The notes under the pieces were generated by a model that was given only the letters and a program-made list of their open reading frames with translations, had not been told where the DNA came from and made no database searches. A DNA stretch of 64,000 bases, from the IMG/VR virus record IMGVR_UViG_3300044627_003892, one strand, 5' to 3'. Position numbers and translations under genes: made by a program. The stretch is from a virus. Lineage: Duplodnaviria > Caudoviricetes. Of this stretch, positions 1 to 10,885 are shown one piece after another; the stretch's first letter is position 1, and the number at the start of each line of letters is the position of its first letter.

Positions 1-362
1 GGTGTTCCATCACCCCAATCAACCTGATATGTTGAGTCTTGTAAATAATTAATTGTACTTTCTGTAGTATTATAAACATAATATGTGCATGGTGACCCTG
101 TTGTTGCACTAAAAAGAAAATTAACATTAACATTTTGTTGACTAATATCACCATCAAATACTGAGTAGTAACCTATATCATGATAATCTTGATTTAATAC
201 AATCGGTATTGTTAATCCTGTAAATAATGAAGAACCATTTGTTCCACCACTTAACATTTGACTAAGACCTGAGTATACACCAAAAGTATTACCATCATAA
301 GTTTCGCTAATAATGTCAGTCTTTAAAAACTCAGGTGATATTTTTATTCTAATAGTATCCAT
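1..362 (-). CDS. Partial structural protein with PKD-like motif (runs off the left edge)
   Basis: Not in the ORF track. ATG at 360-362 overlaps the TAA of the upstream gene (TAATG). My translation is MDTIRIKISPEFLKTD...STYQVDWGDGTP, open to the window edge. VDWGDG is the PKD-domain signature. Confidence 0.7.
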   Translation of the reverse strand, partial: MDTIRIKISPEFLKTDIISETYDGNTFGVYSGLSQMLSGGTNGSSLFTGLTIPIVLNQDYHDIGYYSVFDGDISQQNVNVNFLFSATTGSPCTYYVYNTTESTINYLQDSTYQVDWGDGT

Positions 363-1486
363 TAACCATTATTCTTTGGTGGGTTTATATATTCATACCA
401 ATCTAATGTCAGTAAACTTTTACCTGAACCAATTACATCATATAAGTAATTAACAAAATCAAAAGTGACTTCACGATAAAAATAATCGTTATTAATTCTA
501 AATGGATTATTTGGATTAATACTAGTTTGTCTTCGGGTTGTAAAAGTTGTGTATTCACCAGTTTTTCCATTAAAGAACTTAACTCTCATATAAAGTTTAT
601 TAAGTTTTAAAATATCAAAATCTTTAAACCAATAAATAAAATATGACTCTTTTAATCCAATATGGTCTAATTCAAAAGTTGGTGCTAAAGATTGTACAAC
701 ATCACTAATAGTTGTTGTAGTTGTAATATTTGTTTCATTTCCTGAACTGTCAATACATGTACACCCACTTATAAATGTAATAACTCCATTAAACGAAGAA
801 TATGTACCAGCAACTGAAGGAATTGTAAATGTACCTGAACTTGTATTAAAAACAATATTTGAATTATTTAGAACACACAATTGACCAGTAAAAAAATTAC
901 CCCCGCCATTTATATTTGTCTCTTTATTACAACAATCTGTATACCTAATACTATTAACTTTTGATGATACTTGTATTAGTAATGTACTACAATTATAAGT
1001 TGTAGTTGTTGACGAGGTAACAACTTCAGTCGGTAAACTTAATGAACCGTTCAATATTAAAGTAAGATAATTTTTTTGTGTTCTAGCATCTTTACTGTCA
1101 TATAGGTCAACCTTGAAAAAAGACTTTTGAACTGATTTTGTATTATTTTTAAGTTCGTCAGGTGTAAATGTATTTGCTAACTCATAACTATTATACCAAG
1201 TCGGTGTTAATACATTTGGTGTTAATGTATTTTGCGTATAATCAGCAAAATAAAATTTATAAGTTACTGAAGTATTAAGCTCATTATTACTATCTAAGGT
1301 AGGTTTTCTTGAGAACCTCGCCATCTCAAAGTTTTGTGGAACCCCAACCATTTCTTTAGCAACAATAGTTTCGTAGTCATCAATCAAATCACCACGATTA
1401 GCATAGTCCCAAGTAGTCGGGATGTTAACCTGCAACTGAAAATTTTTATTTGTATTTAAAATTTTATACTTATTCACATCCGTCAA
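362..1486 (-). CDS. Hypothetical virion (baseplate/tail-region) protein with an internal Cys-rich module between Thr runs
   Basis: 374 aa, translationally coupled within the baseplate gene run, N/T/S-rich. No catalytic motif recognised. Confidence 0.55.
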   Translation of the reverse strand: MTDVNKYKILNTNKNFQLQVNIPTTWDYANRGDLIDDYETIVAKEMVGVPQNFEMARFSRKPTLDSNNELNTSVTYKFYFADYTQNTLTPNVLTPTWYNSYELANTFTPDELKNNTKSVQKSFFKVDLYDSKDARTQKNYLTLILNGSLSLPTEVVTSSTTTTYNCSTLLIQVSSKVNSIRYTDCCNKETNINGGGNFFTGQLCVLNNSNIVFNTSSGTFTIPSVAGTYSSFNGVITFISGCTCIDSSGNETNITTTTTISDVVQSLAPTFELDHIGLKESYFIYWFKDFDILKLNKLYMRVKFFNGKTGEYTTFTTRRQTSINPNNPFRINNDYFYREVTFDFVNYLYDVIGSGKSLLTLDWYEYINPPKNNG

Positions 1487-3317
1487 TTATTGGGTCGTTA
1501 ACTGAACTACTAGTGTTAAACACATTAGTACCTTCAGGTATTATTTTAAAAAAGAAATTATCATATAAATAATGTCTACCATTCATAAATGGATAATCAA
1601 CACCAATATCAGTTTCATCAATAAAACCATACGGGTATAAATCTCTCCACCTAAAATCATTATTATATACTGAGTAATATGCGTAATTTGGGAAATTTTC
1701 AATTCTATAATTTTGTGGATTATCTTCATCACTCTGTTCAACATATGGTGAATATTCTTTAATAGTTAAACTATGATGAGGCTTATAATAATATCCGAGT
1801 GGGTTTTGAATATCAGGGCCAATAGAAAAATTATCAGGATTAAAAGTAAACTTATGATAATAATCAGATATTACCCTCTCTCTTTGGTCAAAATCATTCC
1901 ATTCACAATAGTCACCGTAAATTGTATCACCTGTATTTAAATTTCCATTATAATAAAAGTTTCTTTGTGAAACTAATGGTGTTGCGTTTTGTGCGTAGTT
2001 ATCAAATGTTCCAGTATTATTCCAAAAGTTAGTTGTAACATTTGTTAATGAAAATTGACTTGACCACCAGTTATTTAATTGTGGACCTAAATTAAAATCC
2101 CAACCTTGTCTTAAAGAAACATTACTTGAATCGTTAGGTTTGTTAAACCAACCAAAAAAACCTCTGTTAATAACTGTAACAAATATTTCTGAAATAGGTC
2201 TTCTCTGATTATCAATCATTCCTTTTATATCAAGGTATTCTTGGAAAGAAACATTATAAGATAAACTATCTTCTTTAACCGAAACTCTACCTTGATTATT
2301 TAAATATGGTGGTTGTAATGATTTGGATTCAAACTTTTTATTGGTTCTTAAAGCGTTATTTTCAAACCCTGAGTTATTAATTATCGCTTGTCGATATGGT
2401 GTTAATATCTTGTGTAATCTTACATAATACTTTGAGGTTGTTTCCTCAATATTGTTAATATCTAACACTCTTTTAAATGTACCTTGTACATCATTTGTAA
2501 AAACACTACACAAATACCCAACATCATATACATCAAAAATTGTAAGTTCAGAGTCGACAAAACCATTACCTAAATTATAAACTTCAAACGCTTGTATGTT
2601 ATTACAATTACCTCCTGTTTGGAAACTTAACGAAACATATTCACCCGGGGTTAATCCGTGTGGACATGGACATACAAATCTCAACATAGGTTTCCCATCA
2701 CCATCATTTGTTTTATTCATTATAAATGGTATACCATCACCAGCAGTCCAACTATTTGTTGTTGTTGTACCTGTTTGGTACTGCATCGTTGTTGCCGTTG
2801 TAGAACTAAAAGCGTACGTTAAATGAAAATACCAATTATAAAATGTAGTTTCACTTGCCTGAAATTTAATATGTTTGTTTGCTCCGATTGTCCAACCCGG
2901 TATTCCGTAATCAGTTCTAATAAATTTAAATTCATCGTACTGAGGATATCCTCTCCAAGCAATTGGTTCGGTACAGTCATATCCAATCTGACTTTGTTTA
3001 TCTTCTAAAGCCTTAGAATAATACAAATTATTATTAAATGGTGGATATGGATAATTTTGGTTGTTAACCAACTTACCAGCAACACCTTCATAGGCATTTT
3101 CAAAAACCATATTAAATTTACAAGTAGGAACAAAAATTGTTGAAGCTTGTCTTTCAGTGTCAAATAATTGAGCTAAATTTAAATTTGTATTTCTTGAATA
3201 TTCTTCAAGTTCTTTAATAGTATTTTCAATAGGGATTTGTAAACTGATATCTTCATCAGTTGCTCCTTTAAATCTTAAAGAACCTTTAATATATCGAGTA
3301 TTACCTAAATCAGACAT
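1470..3317 (-). CDS. Hypothetical virion (baseplate-region) protein
   Basis: 615 aa, overlaps both neighbours, aromatic/Asn-rich beta-type composition, structural context. Confidence 0.55.
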   Translation of the reverse strand: MSDLGNTRYIKGSLRFKGATDEDISLQIPIENTIKELEEYSRNTNLNLAQLFDTERQASTIFVPTCKFNMVFENAYEGVAGKLVNNQNYPYPPFNNNLYYSKALEDKQSQIGYDCTEPIAWRGYPQYDEFKFIRTDYGIPGWTIGANKHIKFQASETTFYNWYFHLTYAFSSTTATTMQYQTGTTTTNSWTAGDGIPFIMNKTNDGDGKPMLRFVCPCPHGLTPGEYVSLSFQTGGNCNNIQAFEVYNLGNGFVDSELTIFDVYDVGYLCSVFTNDVQGTFKRVLDINNIEETTSKYYVRLHKILTPYRQAIINNSGFENNALRTNKKFESKSLQPPYLNNQGRVSVKEDSLSYNVSFQEYLDIKGMIDNQRRPISEIFVTVINRGFFGWFNKPNDSSNVSLRQGWDFNLGPQLNNWWSSQFSLTNVTTNFWNNTGTFDNYAQNATPLVSQRNFYYNGNLNTGDTIYGDYCEWNDFDQRERVISDYYHKFTFNPDNFSIGPDIQNPLGYYYKPHHSLTIKEYSPYVEQSDEDNPQNYRIENFPNYAYYSVYNNDFRWRDLYPYGFIDETDIGVDYPFMNGRHYLYDNFFFKIIPEGTNVFNTSSSVNDPIIDGCE

Positions 3318-6300
3318 TTACTTCAGTATTAATATATTTTGTTATGAACACATCCATTGCACTTGCACCTTTTTTCAACCCAAAATAGAAATAGAATGGT
3401 GCTCCAACCAAAAACGTTTGTTCAAAGTTTTGTGGTATTGACTCGGTTGGTACTCCGTTGTTATCAAAATTAATTTGAGTACCTCTGATGTAATAACCAT
3501 CAGCTTGGTCATTTTGGAAATATTGTGACGCCGGATTTAATCTATCTAAACTTTGGTATTTGTAAGAGAAAAACGAATTGTCATTTGTGTAATAATTGTT
3601 TGACTGACTACCAAATATATTTTGAGGTGTCTGACTAAGATAATCCAATGACCATTGATAAAATGGAACTTCCTGAGAATTAGTTGTAATATTAGTAAAC
3701 CAACAATCAATTAATTGTTGATTATTTGTTAATGTTCCTCCGCTATTCCATATAGTTCTTCTTGGTGAGATATAATCTCTATCTTGGGTATTACCTGTAA
3801 GTAACAAACCAAATAGAGGAAAACCAATTGATGCACCACCACCAAGAGATACAGTATTTTGACCAATGTATACCGAATCAGAACTATACGATTCAGGTGA
3901 AAATTCAGTTATACCAAATTGTGAATTTATAGCAATCATTTGTGAGTAATCACCATCAACATATCCAGGTACGAAAGTCGCTCCGTTATTATTCCATCTT
4001 GAGTTTGAAAATAATGCCTTAACCGATGGGTCATTACTACCTTCATCCCCACTTTCAGTATTAGGTGTAATTTGTTCATTAAATGAAGTGTTAATTAATC
4101 TACTTAATATAAATAAATTTAATATATCACTAATTGCTTGGAATGATGTTGATTTAACTTTATCAACAATATACCCATCATAATCATCATTATACACTAA
4201 CTCTTGTATAAAATCCGATTTTGGTCCTAAATCCAATAATGTTGTCGGTGAACCTAAAAATTTATCATTACCTGTACCAGTAGCATTTCCTCTATTATTC
4301 TTCTTACCAATAAAACTTCCTGTCTCAGGATTAGTTTGGTCAGGTGTTTGGAATGGACTACTTCTGTAGTAAAAATTACTTGTTTGGTCATGTAAATAAA
4401 TTAAATCCGTACAATATAAACTTGATGGGTTATTATTTAAATCAAATATTCTTTGGTTTTGGAATGGGTAAGCGTATAGTGTACCATTAACATATTGATT
4501 AGTAAAGTTATGTGACGTAATGTCAAAACATAATGCTAAATTCAAATTAATTCTTGTGAATAACTCAACAATATTTTTAATATCTTTACCTAAAGTAGTT
4601 ATTGGTTTTGACACAAAATTATAACATCCATAACCCTTTAAAAAGTATTTTTTAGAATCAGATGGGTCAATATAATCCTCAACACAATTAGGTAATATAA
4701 TTGGTTGATTTTGAGAATTAAGACCATAACAAGGTAACGGAACGGCTTCACTACAATTACTTAAACTTTCAAGTACCGCAGCGTAACTTGGTGGTGTAAA
4801 AATTTGTGAATTTTCGTTATTTGTTTGAGGTGTAGTATCAATAGTAATAACTTGTTCCGACGCTCCTTCATCACTAACTTTAAAAATAGCAAATTGACTA
4901 TTTTGATGTAATAGGAAACTATTAATTCTAGCAGTTTGTATAGTTGTTGAGGTAGGTAACCTATCAGACCTAAATACAATATTTGAATCATTACTTAAAG
5001 AAGTAGTCATTCCTGTCGAATATTGTGTTGAGAAAAATTTTGGGTTACCATTATATGGGGCCTGATAATTTGAGTCTTGAATGGCAGAACCTAAAGCGCC
5101 TGAACCATCAGTAAATTTTGGCATAGTATTAAAAACAGGCACATCCCAAAAAATTCCTGTTTCCCCATTAAATGAAAAATTACTTCTCATGAACGACGCT
5201 CCATCAACAACTTCATTACCTTGGTACCCTAAAACATTACGGTTAGATGTACATCGATTATCAACTTGTTTAGTGTAAAATGAAAACGACCCAAGAGCAT
5301 TTAAATATAGGGTATATATAGTTTGAGGATTTGTGAATATTTTTGTAAGTGAATTTACATGATAAGATGGGGGATTAAATGAATTTGGTGATGATGTGGT
5401 TACTGAAGGTTCGTTACATACATTTGAAGAATTAACTGTCAAAACCTCTCCGTTAGGAACAGTAATATCATTTAAAATATTTGTGCCAACATAATTAATT
5501 GTAGTGTCGGTGGGGTTAATAAAATCCCAAGGATTATTTATATTATTACCATTATAAGTTAATCCGCCATTTAACGTATTAAACAAATTAGAGTCTACCG
5601 ATGAATAATATGATGGTAATGTAGTATTTCCAGTAGTAATATAGTCATTCTGAGTATAGGTAAAAGCATAACTTGGTTTAAATAAGTTTGAAGTATTATT
5701 TAATGTGTTATCATGTCTTTCTGAATAAATTGTTCCTGTAATAGGATAATTCATTTTAAATTCTCCACTAATAACTAAACCACTATTATATGTAGGAAAT
5801 CCAAATATTCGAGATAAATCAATCTGTTGAGGGATTCTAGGTGAATGAGCATCTATACCACGTTGTAATAAAACTATTTTATATTCATCATAATCAGTAA
5901 TATAATTAGTTAAATAAATGTCTGTTGAATCATTACCATAAACTACGTTACTAGCGTTATTTCCACCTAATGTCCTAATCATTGGAATTTTAAGTACACT
6001 TTGACCGATTGACGGAGTAATTCTTTGGAGATATCTAACACCAAAACTTAATACGTCAGGATTTGGATTTGCTAATGATTCGTATTGTCCAATAGTCATT
6101 CCTGTGATAACTTGGAAGTATTCAACATCCGAAGCAAAAGAACTTGTTCCAGAAACAGATGTTGTTGAAGATAAAACAGGTACAATATATGTTGTGTTTA
6201 AATTAGACCCGTTATTTGACAGAAAATCAGGGTTAGCATAATTTACATTTATTGATGCCGGAAAAATAGTTGTACCAGTTGTTACATTTTTATTTGCATC

Positions 6301-8985
6301 TCCACTTAACTCATCGTCTTGAAATGATAATAATTGACCTAATGTATAATCAGGCGCTGATTTATCTAAGACTAAAACCATAATATTATCTAAGTGGTGA
6401 GCAGTAGGTGCCGGATTTTCAGTGGGAAACCATTTAACTTTTATTTGGTTCCAACCGAGTTCGAAACCATCACCAAAACCAGGAACGTTATTAAAATATT
6501 TTGATTTAGTATTAAATAAGTTATATAACTCAGAAGTCGGTAATACAGTTGTTGTATAAAATTCACCCGTAAGAGTTAATTCTCCTTCATCACTATTATA
6601 ATACGTTTCTTGGATTGGGAATCTTTTTATATTAACATCTAAAGAACCTCCGAATACTTGAGCGTAATTATTTATTTGATTTGCAGCTATTCCATTATAT
6701 GTCACAGTCGCTGTTGAATTAATTAAAAAAGATGTTTGAGGGTCACCAGGTGGTTGTGGGAACGAACCTAATGAACCATCCATTTCAGTGTCAATAGATG
6801 TTGATGAATTACACTTACATCGTTCACATCCATCATCGGTATATAAAACTAATGGTAGAGTAAAATTTTTCAATTTATTTCCAATCTCTTTAATTTTATC
6901 TAATTGGGTCGTCAATAAAACCGCTAAACCTATATATATTGCTACGTATATGGTGTACAAAATCGCAAGAGCAAGAATTCCCCAGTTAAATACTGTAACC
7001 GCACCAAGACCAACTCCCACAGTTACAACATTAGAGTAAAAAGAAATCGCCGCACTAGCGTCTTGAGCAGCTTGAACAGTCAAGTACGCAATTAAGAAAA
7101 GAAATAACAATGGTAAACCAGTTGTCATTAACCACGCAAGAACATGTATAATAAATAAAATCGGTAGAGATAGAAACTTAAATACATTTAAGAAAAATGA
7201 TATTACTAAATAAATAAAATCAAACCTATAGAAAGCGTCATTAGTTGGAAATGTGTTATAATCCCCCTGACAACTTGTATCAGTAATTTTTTTAACACCA
7301 ACAGTATTCCAAGCAAATCGACTACCCTGATACCTATCAATAAACTGAGTTGTTGTATAAACTTTATTATACGACATATCATAAAATGTATCTCTACAAT
7401 TAATTGCCTCATCAGGTACCGCATAATCATTCCAATCTAAACTGAAAGCATAAGAACCTTCCAACATAAACCTATCAAAAGGAATATTATAAAATGTGAA
7501 GAGATATTGAGCCGCAGGGTCTTCTCTATAAAATTGCAAAATATATGTTCCAGGTTCTCTAAATACTTGACTAAGATAAGGATTACCATTAGGGTCAGTA
7601 ATTGTCAAATCTTTAACATTCTGAACTGTTTTAATTCTAATAATTTGTCCTTGGGTCACGGGGAGATTTAAAGTAACTAAATCACCATCAGGTAATGTAG
7701 TACTAGGGTCAGTAGCTTCAAATGTACCAAATGGGGTTAATATTGGGTCAGTAAATGGGTCTTCCCATCCTCTTTCTTTAATGTTTGGTATTAAAAAATA
7801 CGCTCTTTTAGTTGGGTCACTTAAAGCAGGTGATTGAGACCACTTAACTTTAAATCTATATTTACCTCTTGTAGGTACTCCCAATTTAGGGTCATTACTT
7901 ATTTTTTTAACCCCATTCTCATCGGTATATACATAATCTAAGTTCATAGGTACTTCTAATACCCATACACCATTTTCGTCAATAACTTTACCATCATTAT
8001 CTAATTGAGCTTGTTCTAAAATTGGTCTACCATCCTTATCATTGAAGATTGTTTGTCTCAAAGCCACTATCTGACCCGGACCTGTGGTCATGGTACATAA
8101 TTCACCAGCAGTCCTTTTAACTTTACATGCCGATTGTGTTTGATTTAAAAATTTAAAGTTTTTACCAACTTTTTGTGTGTCGTCAGTAGATATTATTGAA
8201 CCCATAAAAACCGCAGTAGGTTCAAGTTTAACATTAGCTTCAGAAGTTAAATCAAAATCAACTCTTGCAATGTTATAATTACAAATCTCAAATTCACCAA
8301 AGAATGGTTCAATCTGAACAGTCTTTTGACTTGTTATAATTTGTGGTAACTCAGCATAATTTGTTGATGTTTTAAATTTTGAACCATTAACAGTATCTTC
8401 AGTTGCCAATCCCATTCTTATCAAATCCTGAGGAGTTAATGAAAACTCACCAATATCTGAAAGGTCAACTTGCATAAATAAAGTTTGTTGACCCACTGGA
8501 ACTCCAAAAATCATGTAGTCACCCGACTCATTTGTTTTAACTGTAAACTTGTAATATTTTTCATAAACCTGAATAAGTGGTTTATCTGTTAAAACATCTA
8601 AACGTTCAGGAAAAGTTCCTACAGGTACGTGACCTGAGTGCGACTGAGTGTAAGGTAAAAGATTATATCTATATCCATCCTCATTAATATCTGTAAAACT
8701 TGTGTAAGGATATAATGATGCAATATAGTCATTTTGTGTATCTATGTCCTCGATTGGAACAAATACTGAAACTCTCGCATTAGGAATACCAAAACCATTA
8801 TTACAGAATATTCTACCACAAACAACACCATAATCCGAACAACTTCTAATGTAGATGTCATCAGGACGAATAGCCAAAGACAAAATTTCTAAAGTATCAA
8901 AATTTTGTTCTAAAACTATAGGTATCTTAACAGGGATATTTTGATTAATACCTAATTGGGTACGTATTCTATATGACTTCGGCAT
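3310..8985 (-). CDS. Giant baseplate-associated protein with N-terminal carboxypeptidase-regulatory-like (Ig/prealbumin) domain and an internal multi-pass hydrophobic block
   Basis: 1891 aa. GVVCGRIFCNNGFGIPNARVSVF resembles CarboxypepD_reg. About 105 hydrophobic residues lie at nt 6910-7225. Directly downstream of the gp6/J-like gene. Confidence 0.55.
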   Translation of the reverse strand: MPKSYRIRTQLGINQNIPVKIPIVLEQNFDTLEILSLAIRPDDIYIRSCSDYGVVCGRIFCNNGFGIPNARVSVFVPIEDIDTQNDYIASLYPYTSFTDINEDGYRYNLLPYTQSHSGHVPVGTFPERLDVLTDKPLIQVYEKYYKFTVKTNESGDYMIFGVPVGQQTLFMQVDLSDIGEFSLTPQDLIRMGLATEDTVNGSKFKTSTNYAELPQIITSQKTVQIEPFFGEFEICNYNIARVDFDLTSEANVKLEPTAVFMGSIISTDDTQKVGKNFKFLNQTQSACKVKRTAGELCTMTTGPGQIVALRQTIFNDKDGRPILEQAQLDNDGKVIDENGVWVLEVPMNLDYVYTDENGVKKISNDPKLGVPTRGKYRFKVKWSQSPALSDPTKRAYFLIPNIKERGWEDPFTDPILTPFGTFEATDPSTTLPDGDLVTLNLPVTQGQIIRIKTVQNVKDLTITDPNGNPYLSQVFREPGTYILQFYREDPAAQYLFTFYNIPFDRFMLEGSYAFSLDWNDYAVPDEAINCRDTFYDMSYNKVYTTTQFIDRYQGSRFAWNTVGVKKITDTSCQGDYNTFPTNDAFYRFDFIYLVISFFLNVFKFLSLPILFIIHVLAWLMTTGLPLLFLFLIAYLTVQAAQDASAAISFYSNVVTVGVGLGAVTVFNWGILALAILYTIYVAIYIGLAVLLTTQLDKIKEIGNKLKNFTLPLVLYTDDGCERCKCNSSTSIDTEMDGSLGSFPQPPGDPQTSFLINSTATVTYNGIAANQINNYAQVFGGSLDVNIKRFPIQETYYNSDEGELTLTGEFYTTTVLPTSELYNLFNTKSKYFNNVPGFGDGFELGWNQIKVKWFPTENPAPTAHHLDNIMVLVLDKSAPDYTLGQLLSFQDDELSGDANKNVTTGTTIFPASINVNYANPDFLSNNGSNLNTTYIVPVLSSTTSVSGTSSFASDVEYFQVITGMTIGQYESLANPNPDVLSFGVRYLQRITPSIGQSVLKIPMIRTLGGNNASNVVYGNDSTDIYLTNYITDYDEYKIVLLQRGIDAHSPRIPQQIDLSRIFGFPTYNSGLVISGEFKMNYPITGTIYSERHDNTLNNTSNLFKPSYAFTYTQNDYITTGNTTLPSYYSSVDSNLFNTLNGGLTYNGNNINNPWDFINPTDTTINYVGTNILNDITVPNGEVLTVNSSNVCNEPSVTTSSPNSFNPPSYHVNSLTKIFTNPQTIYTLYLNALGSFSFYTKQVDNRCTSNRNVLGYQGNEVVDGASFMRSNFSFNGETGIFWDVPVFNTMPKFTDGSGALGSAIQDSNYQAPYNGNPKFFSTQYSTGMTTSLSNDSNIVFRSDRLPTSTTIQTARINSFLLHQNSQFAIFKVSDEGASEQVITIDTTPQTNNENSQIFTPPSYAAVLESLSNCSEAVPLPCYGLNSQNQPIILPNCVEDYIDPSDSKKYFLKGYGCYNFVSKPITTLGKDIKNIVELFTRINLNLALCFDITSHNFTNQYVNGTLYAYPFQNQRIFDLNNNPSSLYCTDLIYLHDQTSNFYYRSSPFQTPDQTNPETGSFIGKKNNRGNATGTGNDKFLGSPTTLLDLGPKSDFIQELVYNDDYDGYIVDKVKSTSFQAISDILNLFILSRLINTSFNEQITPNTESGDEGSNDPSVKALFSNSRWNNNGATFVPGYVDGDYSQMIAINSQFGITEFSPESYSSDSVYIGQNTVSLGGGASIGFPLFGLLLTGNTQDRDYISPRRTIWNSGGTLTNNQQLIDCWFTNITTNSQEVPFYQWSLDYLSQTPQNIFGSQSNNYYTNDNSFFSYKYQSLDRLNPASQYFQNDQADGYYIRGTQINFDNNGVPTESIPQNFEQTFLVGAPFYFYFGLKKGASAMDVFITKYINTEVNV

Positions 8986-9045
8986 TTTACTTTTTTAATA
9001 AATAGTTTAGCTACTATTTTCAAAATAGTAAATTATGTTCGAAAG

Positions 9046-10884
9046 TTAAGAGAAATTAACAGTACCTAAATTTAAAGTACTCACAGTAATGTCCTTATTT
9101 GGGAATCTAATTTGATAAATTTGTGATGGTGTTGCAAATAATGTTTCATTAATCAATCCAATTTGTTTTGTAGCACTATCACTATACGGTTGAGATGTTT
9201 GATTTGAGGAATATAAACCTCCAACTAAATTAAATACATTTAGCTCACTAATAGATAAAACACCATTTAATGATTGTATTAATCTTTTTAATTCTGACAT
9301 ATAAACATTTTCACCCATGTTCCTGTTTAAAGGACTAAAAAAAGTATCCACAGTGTTAATTATATTTGTAACAACAGCTCCTTGATTTTGTGTTGAGTCT
9401 AATACTACACTAATATCAATTTTTAAATCAATAACCTCAGCACTTTCAACTGAAATATAATCATTAATCATTCGATAATTTGAGAGATAATTTGACACAT
9501 TTGTTTTTAAACTACTTGTTAAATTTGAATCTAATTTACCTTCGTCATCAAACGTTAACATTTTAACTTTAATTTTATTATCCTCTTCAGTTATTGCAAC
9601 TTTAGCCGGTGCTCCAAACTGAGACGGCATTTTTCTCAAAATTGAGTTATAATCATTAATTGTTACCGCTCTATTTTGAGAAGAGAAATTAAATCCAATT
9701 AAATTTCTAACCTCTTCAATTGTTGGTACATTAGCACCTCCAACAGCTGCGGTAACATTGGTACAAGACATACTATTAATAACCGAACTATTAATTGATT
9801 GATTTGGCCCATTAACCGCAAAATTTATCGTACCAATTTGGTTGATAACCCCTGTACCTAAATTAGTCCCCAATCCACCACCAATTCTATATTGAACAAA
9901 TAATGTTGTATTTGGTGTGATTGTTGAACCTAAAGATAAATTGTTCGAGTATTTGGATAAATCTAAAGGTGTACCATTTCTAGCAAATTCTCTTAATAGT
10001 TCATCTGTTGACTGACTTCCCCCACCAAATGTCATTTTTAAAAATCCTTGAGGTGTGTATTCAGTTATAAATTTATCACTTGTTTGAAGATATCTGCCAA
10101 CTTTTTTTCCAGCCGCACTTTGTGAACCTGTCGGGTCTTCTACAAATATCCTATCTTGTGCTAAAGCGTCAACCTCATACCACCTATTATTTAATCCTAA
10201 AAATTCTTCAACAGACGGAACATTATTATAGTTTAGTCCATCTTTTAATAAAACACTTGTAACACCTAAAACATTTTTTTCAGGTAAAAATAATTCTAAA
10301 AATGGTCTTGACTCAGAGGTAGTAATTGTTTTTCTAAATACTTTAGTAATACCATTAACTACGGGTTCTCTTTTAGTAATTCTATAATTTATTGTTGTAC
10401 CATTTGCGTTTTGAATTGGTGTTTTAGTTCTATTTCTAAAACCTTCACTATTTGTTTCCTTTGAGAAATCTATATCATTTGCAGTTTCAAACACTTGTCC
10501 AGCTCCGTATACTTGTGAACCTCTTCTTAATATTCCACAATATTTAATATTTTCTTTATCTCCCTCAACAGGAACTACAATTGAAAAATCAACTAAAGCA
10601 ACTGACGGTCTTTGTCCAGGTATTTTAAGTCCATATGTTCTCGCAATGTTATATATTGATGAACTCTGTTGAGCATATTGTAAAACAGTTTCTTGTATAC
10701 CTCTATCAATATGATAATGTAAATTATCCGTAACTGCAGCATTAAGGTCTAAAAATACTGAGAAAACCGCTGCATCATTAACATTTTGAATTAACTCAGG
10801 ATAGTAAGCTTTAACAAAATTTACTAACTCTTGTCTTATATTTTGAAAGTCCCTTGTTGTGTATGATATTTGTTTGTTTGCCAT
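9046..10884 (-). CDS. Baseplate wedge protein (T4 gp6 / baseplate J-like)
   Basis: N-terminal YTTRDFQNIRQELVNF, YRIGGGLGTN, GGANVPTIEEVR and QNRAVTINDY are gp6/J motifs. Adjacent to the gp25-like gene. Confidence 0.85.
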   Translation of the reverse strand: MANKQISYTTRDFQNIRQELVNFVKAYYPELIQNVNDAAVFSVFLDLNAAVTDNLHYHIDRGIQETVLQYAQQSSSIYNIARTYGLKIPGQRPSVALVDFSIVVPVEGDKENIKYCGILRRGSQVYGAGQVFETANDIDFSKETNSEGFRNRTKTPIQNANGTTINYRITKREPVVNGITKVFRKTITTSESRPFLELFLPEKNVLGVTSVLLKDGLNYNNVPSVEEFLGLNNRWYEVDALAQDRIFVEDPTGSQSAAGKKVGRYLQTSDKFITEYTPQGFLKMTFGGGSQSTDELLREFARNGTPLDLSKYSNNLSLGSTITPNTTLFVQYRIGGGLGTNLGTGVINQIGTINFAVNGPNQSINSSVINSMSCTNVTAAVGGANVPTIEEVRNLIGFNFSSQNRAVTINDYNSILRKMPSQFGAPAKVAITEEDNKIKVKMLTFDDEGKLDSNLTSSLKTNVSNYLSNYRMINDYISVESAEVIDLKIDISVVLDSTQNQGAVVTNIINTVDTFFSPLNRNMGENVYMSELKRLIQSLNGVLSISELNVFNLVGGLYSSNQTSQPYSDSATKQIGLINETLFATPSQIYQIRFPNKDITVSTLNLGTVNFS

Positions 10885-10885
10885 A

